Origin: Bacillota bacterium
Lineage (GTDB): Bacteria > Bacillota > JAAYKD01
Direction: 5' to 3'
NCBI GenBank assembly: GCA_036744005.1
Contig: DAINOJ010000013.1
Location: 10-64,009, forward strand
DNA length: 64,000 bases
Each line of letters opens with the position of its first letter. Within the stretch, counting starts at the first letter, position 1. The translations under genes and the position numbers were made by a program. This document shows positions 28,470-37,036 of the stretch, one piece after another. A model generated the notes under the pieces. That model did no database searches. It saw nothing but the letters and a program-made list of their open reading frames with translations, and was not told the DNA's origin.

Positions 28470-30464
28470 ATGAGTAGTATTCAGAACAATAATAATACGA
28501 TTTCATTGCTTGACGACGACTGCTCTTTCGTCAGCTCTTCAGGAGGCAAGCTCGAGGTCGTTAAACTCACTTATGAGTCAGCCGAGTCCATTACTTGGCA
28601 AGACCTCTTTTCTGGTTTCGACACACTTTATGCGATCACTTTCTCGTCCGGCGTCAATTTCGTGTATAAGCTTCTCGGAATGTTTGACTACGCCGAAATC
28701 ATTTTCGGCTGTGAAGCTGTTATGTCCTATACACTTCAAGAAGTTATGGCGTATCAGGGCATACTCATTAAACGAATGCGAGACGGTATATCGGAATCTC
28801 AATCTCAGCTGCTTTCACGTATGGATAACGGCAGCGTTAAATTCTATGTATCCCGGACAAAACTCTCTCATGAAAAGCTGTACCTCCTCGCAGCTGAAGA
28901 CGGGCGCAAGCGTGTTATAATGGGCTCTGCCAACATGTCTTATAATGCTTTTGGCGGAATACAGCGTGAAAATATCTGCTATATGGACGGGGATGAAGCG
29001 TATGACTGGTACATGGGTTCATTCTCAGAACTCCGGGAATGCAGTTCAGACACGATAAAGCGAAGTGCCCTCGAACGAGCTGATCTGAATGAAAACATTG
29101 ATGAACTGCCAGTGGCCGGATCGATAAAGGCTAATAAAGTCCTTGTCATAGAGCCGGTTAAGGAGAACACAGAGGAAGTCAAATTCGTACTAGAAACTCA
29201 TAGGCGTGCAGGTACACTTACCCCAATGCTACCAAAGGCAGATAAAAAAACTGGTAAGCTTACCGTGGTGACGGATACCATCGTGAAGCTGCGTCGGCAA
29301 CTTATAAGCGAAGCGACAAAAGAAAAAGAACTGCGAAGTGAGTATCCGCAGCTCGTGATTGATGCATTCCAAGGCACTGCAGCCTTGAATGCAGATCTGC
29401 TTGACCTCAACCCTGACCGGGATGCCGTCGGGCAGGATGTTTCGCTCTTTCTTAGATACATGGAAGGGTATAACAAGTTTCACGGCGATTACGTTGGTAT
29501 GCAGTATCGCTATTTTGAATTTGCCAACTGGTTTTTCTGTTCTCCTTTTATGGGTGTCATGCGGGATATGGCGGCTCGCTATGATCAGAACCGGCTGCCG
29601 TATCCTGTATTCGGTCTCGTTTACGGTCAGAGCAAGGCCGGTAAAACGAGCTTTCTGGAAACTCTGCTGAAAATGATGATTGGTCAGAAGCCAAAGGTAT
29701 CGGCACCAGACTTTACCAGATCCAGCATTGAGAATCTCAAACGCACTGTTCAGGGTGCCCCGATCATTGTTGATGATCTTACAAATACCCGTTTCAGCCA
29801 ACATGCTATTGAAACAATAAAGAACGACGACTTCGGCGTAAGTGAACATCTTATCAATTATTCGGCTGTTGTTATCAGTGCCAATGAGGATGTGAAAGCT
29901 GTTGCTCCAGAAGTGATTCGGCGTACGGTGATTTGCCGTGTGGAAGCAGGCCTCACAAATACCGAGGTAATGAAAAGTAATGTGGTGCGCTCAGTACAGC
30001 AGAAAATCGGTACTGCCTTCTACAGAGAGTATTTGCGTCGCATGCTTGCTCTGATCCCGGATTTGATTGAGGCATTGAAAGCAGACAACGATGATAATGC
30101 CCCTGACATTCTCAAGTGTTCTTCCGAAGTCATTTGCGAGATTATTGGCGAGCACACAGAGGAGATGCCTGAATATGTTCGACGTCTCTCTCTCGATAAT
30201 TATTTCAGTGAGCAAGTAACTGGAAAATACGCTATTAAGACGGTTCAGAACGCCTGGAAAACCAGTCGAAAATCATTCGTAATCTCGCCAAGGAATAATG
30301 AGTTGAGGTATAATGCCGGCGCTACATATGAAGCTGATCGTTTGATGAAGGAACTCCCTGAGACTCTGGAAGCACATAAATCCCGAGAATGGGTTGTGAT
30401 GAATTTAGACGAAGCACGACACTTCTTCGAGATCAACTTCAAAAAGCCACTGTTCCCTTGGTAA
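28470..30464 (+). CDS. PLD-family nuclease domain fused to a P-loop NTPase
   Basis: SHEKLY...VIMGSANMS (PLD HxK...GSxN), GQSKAGKT Walker A, IIVDD Walker B. Confidence 0.8.
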   Translation: MSSIQNNNNTISLLDDDCSFVSSSGGKLEVVKLTYESAESITWQDLFSGFDTLYAITFSSGVNFVYKLLGMFDYAEIIFGCEAVMSYTLQEVMAYQGILIKRMRDGISESQSQLLSRMDNGSVKFYVSRTKLSHEKLYLLAAEDGRKRVIMGSANMSYNAFGGIQRENICYMDGDEAYDWYMGSFSELRECSSDTIKRSALERADLNENIDELPVAGSIKANKVLVIEPVKENTEEVKFVLETHRRAGTLTPMLPKADKKTGKLTVVTDTIVKLRRQLISEATKEKELRSEYPQLVIDAFQGTAALNADLLDLNPDRDAVGQDVSLFLRYMEGYNKFHGDYVGMQYRYFEFANWFFCSPFMGVMRDMAARYDQNRLPYPVFGLVYGQSKAGKTSFLETLLKMMIGQKPKVSAPDFTRSSIENLKRTVQGAPIIVDDLTNTRFSQHAIETIKNDDFGVSEHLINYSAVVISANEDVKAVAPEVIRRTVICRVEAGLTNTEVMKSNVVRSVQQKIGTAFYREYLRRMLALIPDLIEALKADNDDNAPDILKCSSEVICEIIGEHTEEMPEYVRRLSLDNYFSEQVTGKYAIKTVQNAWKTSRKSFVISPRNNELRYNAGATYEADRLMKELPETLEAHKSREWVVMNLDEARHFFEINFKKPLFPW

Positions 30465-30541
30465 AGGAATCAAATTGCTAATCAGGAACACTCGGAGGGT
30501 TACTTACATATAGTGACAGAGCTTTTTTAGTTAGAGCCTGT

Positions 30542-30862
30542 AAGATCTAAATGGTAGGGGTATGACAAATGTTTTAACACTGCTTTTTGCAATTGCTCTT
30601 TCCTATTGTGCCCTAAGTAAGCCGACACTTTCGAATCTTGCTATTTTGGGTGAAATTAGCATTAGTGGCACCATACTCCAAGTTGAGGAGCTCGCTAGCG
30701 TCTCACAAGTTTGCTTAAACGCGGGAGCAAATATAGTCCTGATACCAATAACCTCGGCTGCAGAAATCGGAACTGTCCCCCGCAGAACTGATTGGTGCGT
30801 TTAGTTTGATTTTCTATGCTACCCCGCAGGAAGCCGTGTTCAAGCCGTTGGGTGTAGAGTAG
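30542..30862 (+). pseudogene. brxL: diverged, frameshifted 3' fragment of a second brxL allele
   Basis: Aligns with 27904-28223 (DLNGxGMT...GEISISGTIL.VEELASV.QVCLNAGA...YATPQEAVFK.LGVE*), many synonymous changes, +1 frameshift at GTCCCCCGC. Confidence 0.9.
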
Positions 30863-30917
30863 GGAATAATTAGAGGTTTATGTGGTCTGGTAAGAAGTGC
30901 TGAAGAAGGGAGGATAG

Positions 30918-31439
30918 ATGGTAGTGATACTATCTAGTTTAAACAATGATCTACGTTGAATGGTTCGAAAACGATCCAATGTGGATTCGGGATATTCAAG
31001 GTAAGGTCTATTGGGAGTACATTGCTTACCCCTATCATTTGGCTAAGGAGAAGTATTTAGAGGCAGAAAGAATACTAGGTATTGAAACTGAAATAGGAGC
31101 TAAGTGCAAAGTCATAGAAGGGAGAGACCACCGCTTCCTGCAACACTTTCATGATGCGATAGCAGCGAAATTCCGTTATAATATAAAAAACGACTTCGTT
31201 ATGCAGTCTGATATTACCCTTGAAGGAAGTTCTTTAATGAGATTATAGAGCAGAAATGGATAGACTTCTACAAGAGAACAGTTAAGGGGTTATTGGACCA
31301 ATATCCAGATTTACTCAGGAATATCCTGACATCAATCTCCATTACTGATGCTTCAGATTATAGAGGAAAAGAAGCAGATGATTATATAGATAATTTCGCC
31401 GATAAGTTCTTCAAGAGTTTTGATAGTCCTTACTCGTAA
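30918..31439 (+). pseudogene. hypothetical gene broken by two frameshifts
   Basis: RBS GGGAGG plus ATG 30918 is out of frame with ORF 30946-31248; an alternative frame continues as NEIIEQKWIDFYKR...FDSPYS* to 31439. Confidence 0.55.
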
Positions 31440-31485
31440 AAGAACAGTCATCAAAGGATGTGAATCAGCTTTAAGTTGAATAAGG

Positions 31486-31530
31486 AAAAGGCAACAAAGT
31501 TGCTAGCCACAGCTTGGTTGCCTTTTTGTT
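31486..31530. terminator. terminator-like inverted repeat
   Basis: AAAAGGCAAC...GTTGCCTTTT. Confidence 0.5.
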
Positions 31531-31630
31531 GTATTCATTGACATTATTATTGTTAATATAACGGATATGTGGTATAATAGATACGTAAATTATTATCTTT
31601 GAGTTAATAAAACATCATTTAGTTGCCTCT

Positions 31631-31985
31631 TGTAAGTGGTAATATAAAGTATACCATTTAGGGACATATGAAATGGGCCAAATCTCGCCACAAAGTATAC
31701 CTGTGCTCGCCAGAAAAGGGACCACCTTTAGCCTGTAATGTGTTAAGCTTTCTGAGAGAAGAAAACTCAGAAAGGAACTTAACAGATGAAGGAGTTCAAG
31801 ATGTATAGAAAATTAAAGACCTATTGCTCAAGGGTTTTTCCGAAAGAAAAACTTCAGAGATGTTAGGTATAAATCGGAAAACCGTGAACAGGTATCATAA
31901 CATGACCCTGGATGAAGACGTGGACAAAACAGCACGACCTCTTATTCGTATCATTAAAACCTTCTTAAATACAGTATTATTTTAG
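31631..31985 (+). mobile_element. istA: IS21-family remnant (left end plus frameshifted istA N-terminus)
   Basis: Begins TGTAAGTGGTAATATAAAGTATACCA with a repeated AAAGTATACC; ATG 31801 then, after a 1-nt deletion, IKDLLLKGFSERKTSEMLGINRKTVNRYHNMTLDE (IstA-type HTH); truncated. Confidence 0.65.
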
Positions 31986-33032
31986 AAACGTTATGTTGGT
32001 CCACATTGGTCCAAAGCCCATTCGTTTCATAACTGCGTCAATAGGTATAGTATGCAATTGTTTCTGTAACTTGCCAAACGCAGCCTTCATCAATTTTATA
32101 AACTCATTTAGTTCACTTTTACTCAATAGCAGAGCAAATATGATGGCAATTGCATATGCATCATTGGTTCCGTATGTGTAAGATCCATCTCTAGCTCTAA
32201 TGATTTCTAAGCTGTCAAAGCCTTTAATGCTTTTTGTGTGGAGGCGACGGCGAAATGTAATATCAAAGAAGCGTTCATCATGAGCACATTTGTTTCGTGC
32301 TAAACCTAACATTTCCATAATTTTATGAAGTTCGTCCGGAGCAACATTGAATTGTTTGGCAATCACTGATTTGTCTGCAGGCTTCATATTCAAATAGAAA
32401 TATGTGATTTTCCCAAAAGTAAGAACATTTACAAGGACCCAGAGTGGTATGTAACCATGACGAGTCATGTAGTGCGTAACAGCTTGATGATGATTACCCA
32501 TCTGCCGCGCAATTTCCTGTTGAATATCACCGATTAACTTTATAACGGATTGTGTGTTTCCTTCAGCACTAATTTGCTGGACCTTTACCAAATCAGCAGG
32601 AAGTTCAAGATTGTTCCGTTTGGCTACATAGGATAAATGATTGCTATCCGTCGCTGCTTGGCATTGGAAATTATCTAGCTTCAAATAATTGTCATATCCG
32701 TACTTAGATGAGAATTCGTGCGCAACGACAGTTTTTAATCTGTTTTCAACTATTAATAGAAATTTAAGGTAAATATTTCTGATTTCTCGATCAAAGGAAA
32801 ATAGAGAATAAACTTCATCAAAAGTCGTGCCTGTCCTATATGTTTCATCGACTGTTTCGGTAGCTTGGGTTGCCAAAAACAAATCTCTATACCCGTTAAT
32901 AACATTGTAGTAGTTTTCACCTTCCAAAATTCGCATAACGCGCGAACCTTGAGAGCCTTTTTCGATAATCATCCCTCTGCTACGAAGAGTGGCTAGTAAT
33001 TGGCGATATGTTTTGAATACTTTTTTCCCCAT
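31977..33032 (-). CDS. Abi family (Abi_2/AbiD-AbiF-like) HEPN protein
   Basis: FKTYRQLLATLRSRGMII, ENYYNVINGY, FDREIR, PLWVLVNVLTFG, RNKCAH (RxxxxH); RBS GGAGG before ATG 33032. Confidence 0.92.
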   Translation of the reverse strand: MGKKVFKTYRQLLATLRSRGMIIEKGSQGSRVMRILEGENYYNVINGYRDLFLATQATETVDETYRTGTTFDEVYSLFSFDREIRNIYLKFLLIVENRLKTVVAHEFSSKYGYDNYLKLDNFQCQAATDSNHLSYVAKRNNLELPADLVKVQQISAEGNTQSVIKLIGDIQQEIARQMGNHHQAVTHYMTRHGYIPLWVLVNVLTFGKITYFYLNMKPADKSVIAKQFNVAPDELHKIMEMLGLARNKCAHDERFFDITFRRRLHTKSIKGFDSLEIIRARDGSYTYGTNDAYAIAIIFALLLSKSELNEFIKLMKAAFGKLQKQLHTIPIDAVMKRMGFGPMWTNITFLK

Positions 33033-33044
33033 AATGCCTCCTAT

Positions 33045-33104
33045 ACTATAAAAAAGCCCCCGGGCCCGAAGGACACCGGAGGACAAACTAGCAATATTCT
33101 TTGT
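33045..33104 (-). ncRNA. candidate abiF-like leader/antitoxin RNA
   Basis: GC-rich hairpin GTCCTCCGGTGTCCTTCGGGCCCGGGGGC followed by a U-run, between a consensus promoter and the Abi RBS. Confidence 0.55.
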
Positions 33105-33110
33105 AACCCT

Positions 33111-33138
33111 ATTATAGCACACCCGTGAGTTTTGTCAA
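33111..33138 (-). promoter_or_regulatory. sigma70/sigmaA promoter of the Abi locus
   Basis: TTGACA-16 nt-TATAAT with extended -10 TG. Confidence 0.85.
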
Positions 33139-33277
33139 CACACTTTTTTTGGAAATAGGTTTGAATAGAGCTGCTATCCTCTGCAATAATTGTACATTTT
33201 ATACATGCATTAAAATTAATTATATACCGAGAAAACCTGTTTGGCAAGAGGAATTATTTCAATAAGTAGGTGATTCA

Positions 33278-33554
33278 ATGCCATACAAACCTAAGCGTCC
33301 GTGCGCTTCTGAATCGAACAAGAGATCCGGTCGTGCTTGGAAACGGAATCGTGATCGATACTTTAAAACGCATCCACAGCCAGACCAATCGGCTCCGGAT
33401 GGAGATCTTCCAGATCGTTAAAGAAAACTCTGTCGGGGAGTGTAGTGGAACTAATCCACAAGATGACATCATGGAGCGTTTGCTCACAGCAATTGCTCAG
33501 CGAAATGGTAAAATCGTGTCGCGGTTCAAGAGTGGGAAGAAAAATAACGTATAG
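33278..33554 (+). pseudogene. fused remnants of a phage HNH endonuclease and a P27-type terminase small subunit
   Basis: MPYKPKRPCA|SESNKRSGRAWKRNRDRYFKTHP (HNH N-terminus, internally deleted) joined in another frame to QTNRLRMEIFQIVKENSVGECSGTNPQDDIMERLLTA (TerS C-terminus). Confidence 0.75.
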
Positions 33555-33595
33555 ATTTTTTAAAAGACCTCTGATTCTGTCAATGCGTAAGTAAC

Positions 33596-33775
33596 CGTGT
33601 GCACAAAGCAAACGGAACAAACGGGAGCAAGGCTACCGGGTGCATTTTGTATTAAACTCATGTCCTTTTCCAATAAAATCAGCACACCAACGCGGTGTGC
33701 TGATTTTATTGGTGGAGGGAACCCGTAAGCATTCCGCAGGAATGCGAAGCAAGCGCACTTGTTAGCGTTTTCGAA
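33596..33775. repeat. structured repeat element, copy 2
   Basis: Direct repeat of 14442-14573; 19-bp hairpin 33670-33712 with a compensatory pair; GCATTCC-gca-GGAATGC plus GAAGC. Confidence 0.9.
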
Positions 33776-33923
33776 GAAAACGAGGGAAGTGCCCGGGTTA
33801 ACCAGCTTGACAAGACCTGTCTAGCACGACAAACGCACAAATTGTGCATGGTGACCGCAGCCGTTGTTCGCTGCCTCCACGCAAATTGGAATACTCAGTA
33901 AGTCGCAGATTTGAACGACGCGT

Positions 33924-35264
33924 TTAAAGCAATCCTGCCATGTACAGTGGTAAATGTATGATCCCGTCTTTTATCAGCACATCTTTGGTATAGAGAATGT
34001 ATGAGTTACCGATGACAGATGAAAAATGATTACGAAATTTATCAAGAGAAGAATGTGAACGGTAATTACCAGATTTGATCTCCACAGGTGAAATTTTCTT
34101 TCCCTCTGCAATCAAGAAATCGATCTCCATGTGGTTTTCGCGCACCAGATTGTCGGAGCGGGAATAGAAATACAGACGAGATCTCCCGTGACGAAGCATC
34201 TGAGCGACAATGTTTTCCATAAGCATTCCCTCATTGATATTCAGCTTATCAAAAAGAATAGCTCGATAAAGCTCATTGTCGGTGAATTTCTTATCTTTGA
34301 AGGCATGAGTGACGAGTAGTCCTGTATCCGCCATGTAGCACTTTTGCGTTGTGTTGTCTGAACTCAAGGCAAGACCAACATTAGGATCGGTTGCATTGAA
34401 ACAGGTATTGACAACCATGGCTTCATTGAGCCAAATAAAAGAATCTTTAAAGGTTCTGAACCGAGCCTGTTTACCTAGTGAGGAGAGTTTATACTTCTTT
34501 TCCTTTTTGGAAAGTTGCCCTGGAATATTGTCGAAGACAGCGAACACCTTCCCTTCGTACCATTCTGCGAATTTTACTACATCGTCCCTATAGAGTTTTA
34601 AAATTCGTCGCTTGGCAACATCGGAAGATTCAAAGTCTTTACCGTTCATGTAAGCTAGAACGGACTGTGGCATACCGCCCACTAGAATATACTGTCGAAA
34701 GTCATTCATGATTTTACGGTGCAAAGCAGCCCCAAGCGGTTTTTTTGTTTCAAAGCAATACTTTATCAGAGGATAGGTCGCCTCGTCACCCATTGCCCAG
34801 AGAAACTCCTCAAAGTCCAGCGGGAACATTTCGATGTGATCTTCTTCTGAAGGGATGATTATATCCTGCACATTCTTTTTCAAACGAATCAACGAACCTG
34901 TTTCGAGGTAATCGAATCTGCCGTCAGCTATAAGATATTTGATGAGCTGCCGCGCTCTAGGATATTGCTGAACCTCGTCAAAGATGATCAGCGACTCGCG
35001 CTTATGAAGAACTGTGGAATAAAAGGCGGCGAGTTTTGCGAAGAAAAGATCTAGGTCAGAGCTGTCATAGATAAATAAATCAAGAACATCCTTCGCTGCA
35101 TTTCCAAAGTCAATCAGAATATAGCTTTTGTACTCTGCCTTAGCAAACCTCTCGGCAATATAGCTTTTACCGACACGCCGCGCACCATCAATCATCATGG
35201 CAGTTGCGCCATTGCTACTCTTTTTCCAAGCAACTAGCTCATCATAAATCTTTCTTTTCAGCAT
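33924..35264 (-). CDS. AAA family ATPase with DUF4143 C-terminal domain
   Basis: GARRVGKS, IIFDEVQ, ETGS, KCYMADTGLL, EIDFL...PVEIKSG; RBS AAGAGGTG before ATG 35264. Confidence 0.92.
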   Translation of the reverse strand: MLKRKIYDELVAWKKSSNGATAMMIDGARRVGKSYIAERFAKAEYKSYILIDFGNAAKDVLDLFIYDSSDLDLFFAKLAAFYSTVLHKRESLIIFDEVQQYPRARQLIKYLIADGRFDYLETGSLIRLKKNVQDIIIPSEEDHIEMFPLDFEEFLWAMGDEATYPLIKYCFETKKPLGAALHRKIMNDFRQYILVGGMPQSVLAYMNGKDFESSDVAKRRILKLYRDDVVKFAEWYEGKVFAVFDNIPGQLSKKEKKYKLSSLGKQARFRTFKDSFIWLNEAMVVNTCFNATDPNVGLALSSDNTTQKCYMADTGLLVTHAFKDKKFTDNELYRAILFDKLNINEGMLMENIVAQMLRHGRSRLYFYSRSDNLVRENHMEIDFLIAEGKKISPVEIKSGNYRSHSSLDKFRNHFSSVIGNSYILYTKDVLIKDGIIHLPLYMAGLL

Positions 35265-35324
35265 AATAATCACCTCTTGTATTGATAGTATATTCTCAAT
35301 CCTAGTTTATTATTACACACAAAA

Positions 35325-35408
35325 CACGAAAAAGCAAGTTGGAAACCAAAGAATTATCACGAAAAAGCAGATTGGTGCAATGGCTAACGTCACGAAAAAG
35401 CAAGCTGC
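35325..35408. repeat. three direct repeats at exact 33-bp period
   Basis: CACGAAAAAGCA core starting at 35325, 35358 and 35391. Confidence 0.85.
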
Positions 35409-35580
35409 TGGTTGATATGTTTGATCCTATATCATAATTTGAGTTAATTCAGTTTCCGTGATACACTATGACCGGTGTCACAGGTTGGTGAACGAAAAGG
35501 CCAACCAACCAAACTACTCAAAATGAATGTCTATTCTGTATAATGTAAGGATGATGAACATGAACCACGAGGAAACCGTA

Positions 35581-36510
35581 ATGCCAATAAGCGATATCGT
35601 TGCAATGTTAAGTGCACAGAACATCTTTGTAGACGAGATGAAGTTTTATCAAAAGAATAAACGAGTTACCGATTACTTGCTCGATGACAAATATATGTTA
35701 AGGATCTCAACATCCGTACTGAATGAGAGGTTGAAGCTGGAGCGGGCGAAAACCATCTCGTTTGTTCAAAAAATTCATGCCTACGGGTCCTTTACTTTCG
35801 CCGGACAAAAATACCATTACATCATTATTGATTATGTGCAAGGCGCGGATCTATGGAGTGTTATTCAAAACCTAACCGATGTCGAAAAATATAATATAGG
35901 AACAGAGACCGCTCATTTCCTCGACGAACTGCATTCAATAACGGGTGCTTCATACGACATTGGCCACTATATTGCGACCGTTCCAAACTGGAAAGGTTCA
36001 TGGAAAGAAGGTCATCTGAAGTATGTTGAGATTTTAAGATATGGCATAACACAGATGGATATTGGTGCTGCTAGCAGAGAAACGGTTTCGAAAGCATTCG
36101 GATATATCGATGAAAACATAAGCTCCTTGGAATACCAGACAGGTGCAAGGCTGTTGCATAATGATTTTCATCCGAAGAATATAATTATTTACGAAGGCCA
36201 ATTGGCAGGAATCATTGATTGGGAGTGTTCACAATTTGGAGAAGCAGACTTCGAGTTAGCACATCTGTTTCATTGGTGCATCTACCCATCGAATCCGGAT
36301 AATCATCTTTCCCCATACTTACAATCCGTTATGAAACACCTTTCATCCACTTTGGGTGTGCCCAACTTAGAAAAGCGGTTGATTATTTACCAGTTGGAAC
36401 ACGAGTTGAATCAACTGATTTGGAATGGCTTGAAGCAGGAAGAGGAGAGAATGCAGAGAATAAACGGATGGCTTAGCGGTCAGATTAACGCATTGCTGGG
36501 GGAATGGTAA
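35581..36510 (+). CDS. aminoglycoside phosphotransferase/choline kinase-like protein
   Basis: LLHNDFHPKNIII (Brenner motif) and IIDWE; likely start ATG 35581 after GAGGA. Confidence 0.85.
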   Translation: MPISDIVAMLSAQNIFVDEMKFYQKNKRVTDYLLDDKYMLRISTSVLNERLKLERAKTISFVQKIHAYGSFTFAGQKYHYIIIDYVQGADLWSVIQNLTDVEKYNIGTETAHFLDELHSITGASYDIGHYIATVPNWKGSWKEGHLKYVEILRYGITQMDIGAASRETVSKAFGYIDENISSLEYQTGARLLHNDFHPKNIIIYEGQLAGIIDWECSQFGEADFELAHLFHWCIYPSNPDNHLSPYLQSVMKHLSSTLGVPNLEKRLIIYQLEHELNQLIWNGLKQEEERMQRINGWLSGQINALLGEW

Positions 36511-36570
36511 ATCAGGTAGGATAGTACTGAAGTTAACTTCTAATTCTGAATCATGCAAATTAGATCAAGC

Positions 36571-36601
36571 GACTGAAGATGTTCATATTGTATCTTCAGT
36601 C
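36571..36601. terminator. inverted repeat downstream of the kinase
   Basis: GACTGAAGAT...ATCTTCAGTC. Confidence 0.45.
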
Positions 36602-36604
36602 AGG

Positions 36605-36666
36605 AAATCAGCATACCGAACAGGTGTGCTGATTTTTTTTGGTGGAAGCGTTACTCGTAGCCAATA
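36605..36666. repeat. structured repeat element, degenerate partial copy 3
   Basis: AAATCAGCATACC-gaaca-GGTGTGCTGATTT, T-run, GGTGGA...CGTAGCCAAT matching copy 1. Confidence 0.75.
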
Positions 36667-37036
36667 CCTGTGCTACGCAACCCACAAAGTAACGATTTAA
36701 GCTGCGTGGTGTAAAATTGTATAAATTAAGAAGGAAATCAGTGTTCCATGGTGGAATGTTAGGTTCACGAAAAAAAGTGTGACTTAACCGTATTTATATC
36801 GAGTGAAAATAGGTCTCTCTATATACCCGCAATTGCTTTCACAATAATCTTACTTGCGTCTTTGAGAGGTGAATCCAATAAGCAAGCTACTAATACTGAA
36901 GTCAGATAGCTTATAAAGAGTGTATGTTTTTTCAAGCAGTTTAGAATTTCTTAAAATATGTTTTGCTAGAGTTTCATTATCTGACAACTTATAATCAAGA
37001 TTAGGTCATATAATTTTCTGAGTGGGAGGAGTTCAT

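Noticed and set aside
31538-31578. Promoter TTGACA...TATAAT before the IS21 remnant
   Set aside because: The hexamers are about 29 nt apart; at most an extended -10 alone
35325-35408. CRISPR array
   Set aside because: Core repeat of 12-18 nt with 15-nt spacers is too short; only three units and no cas genes
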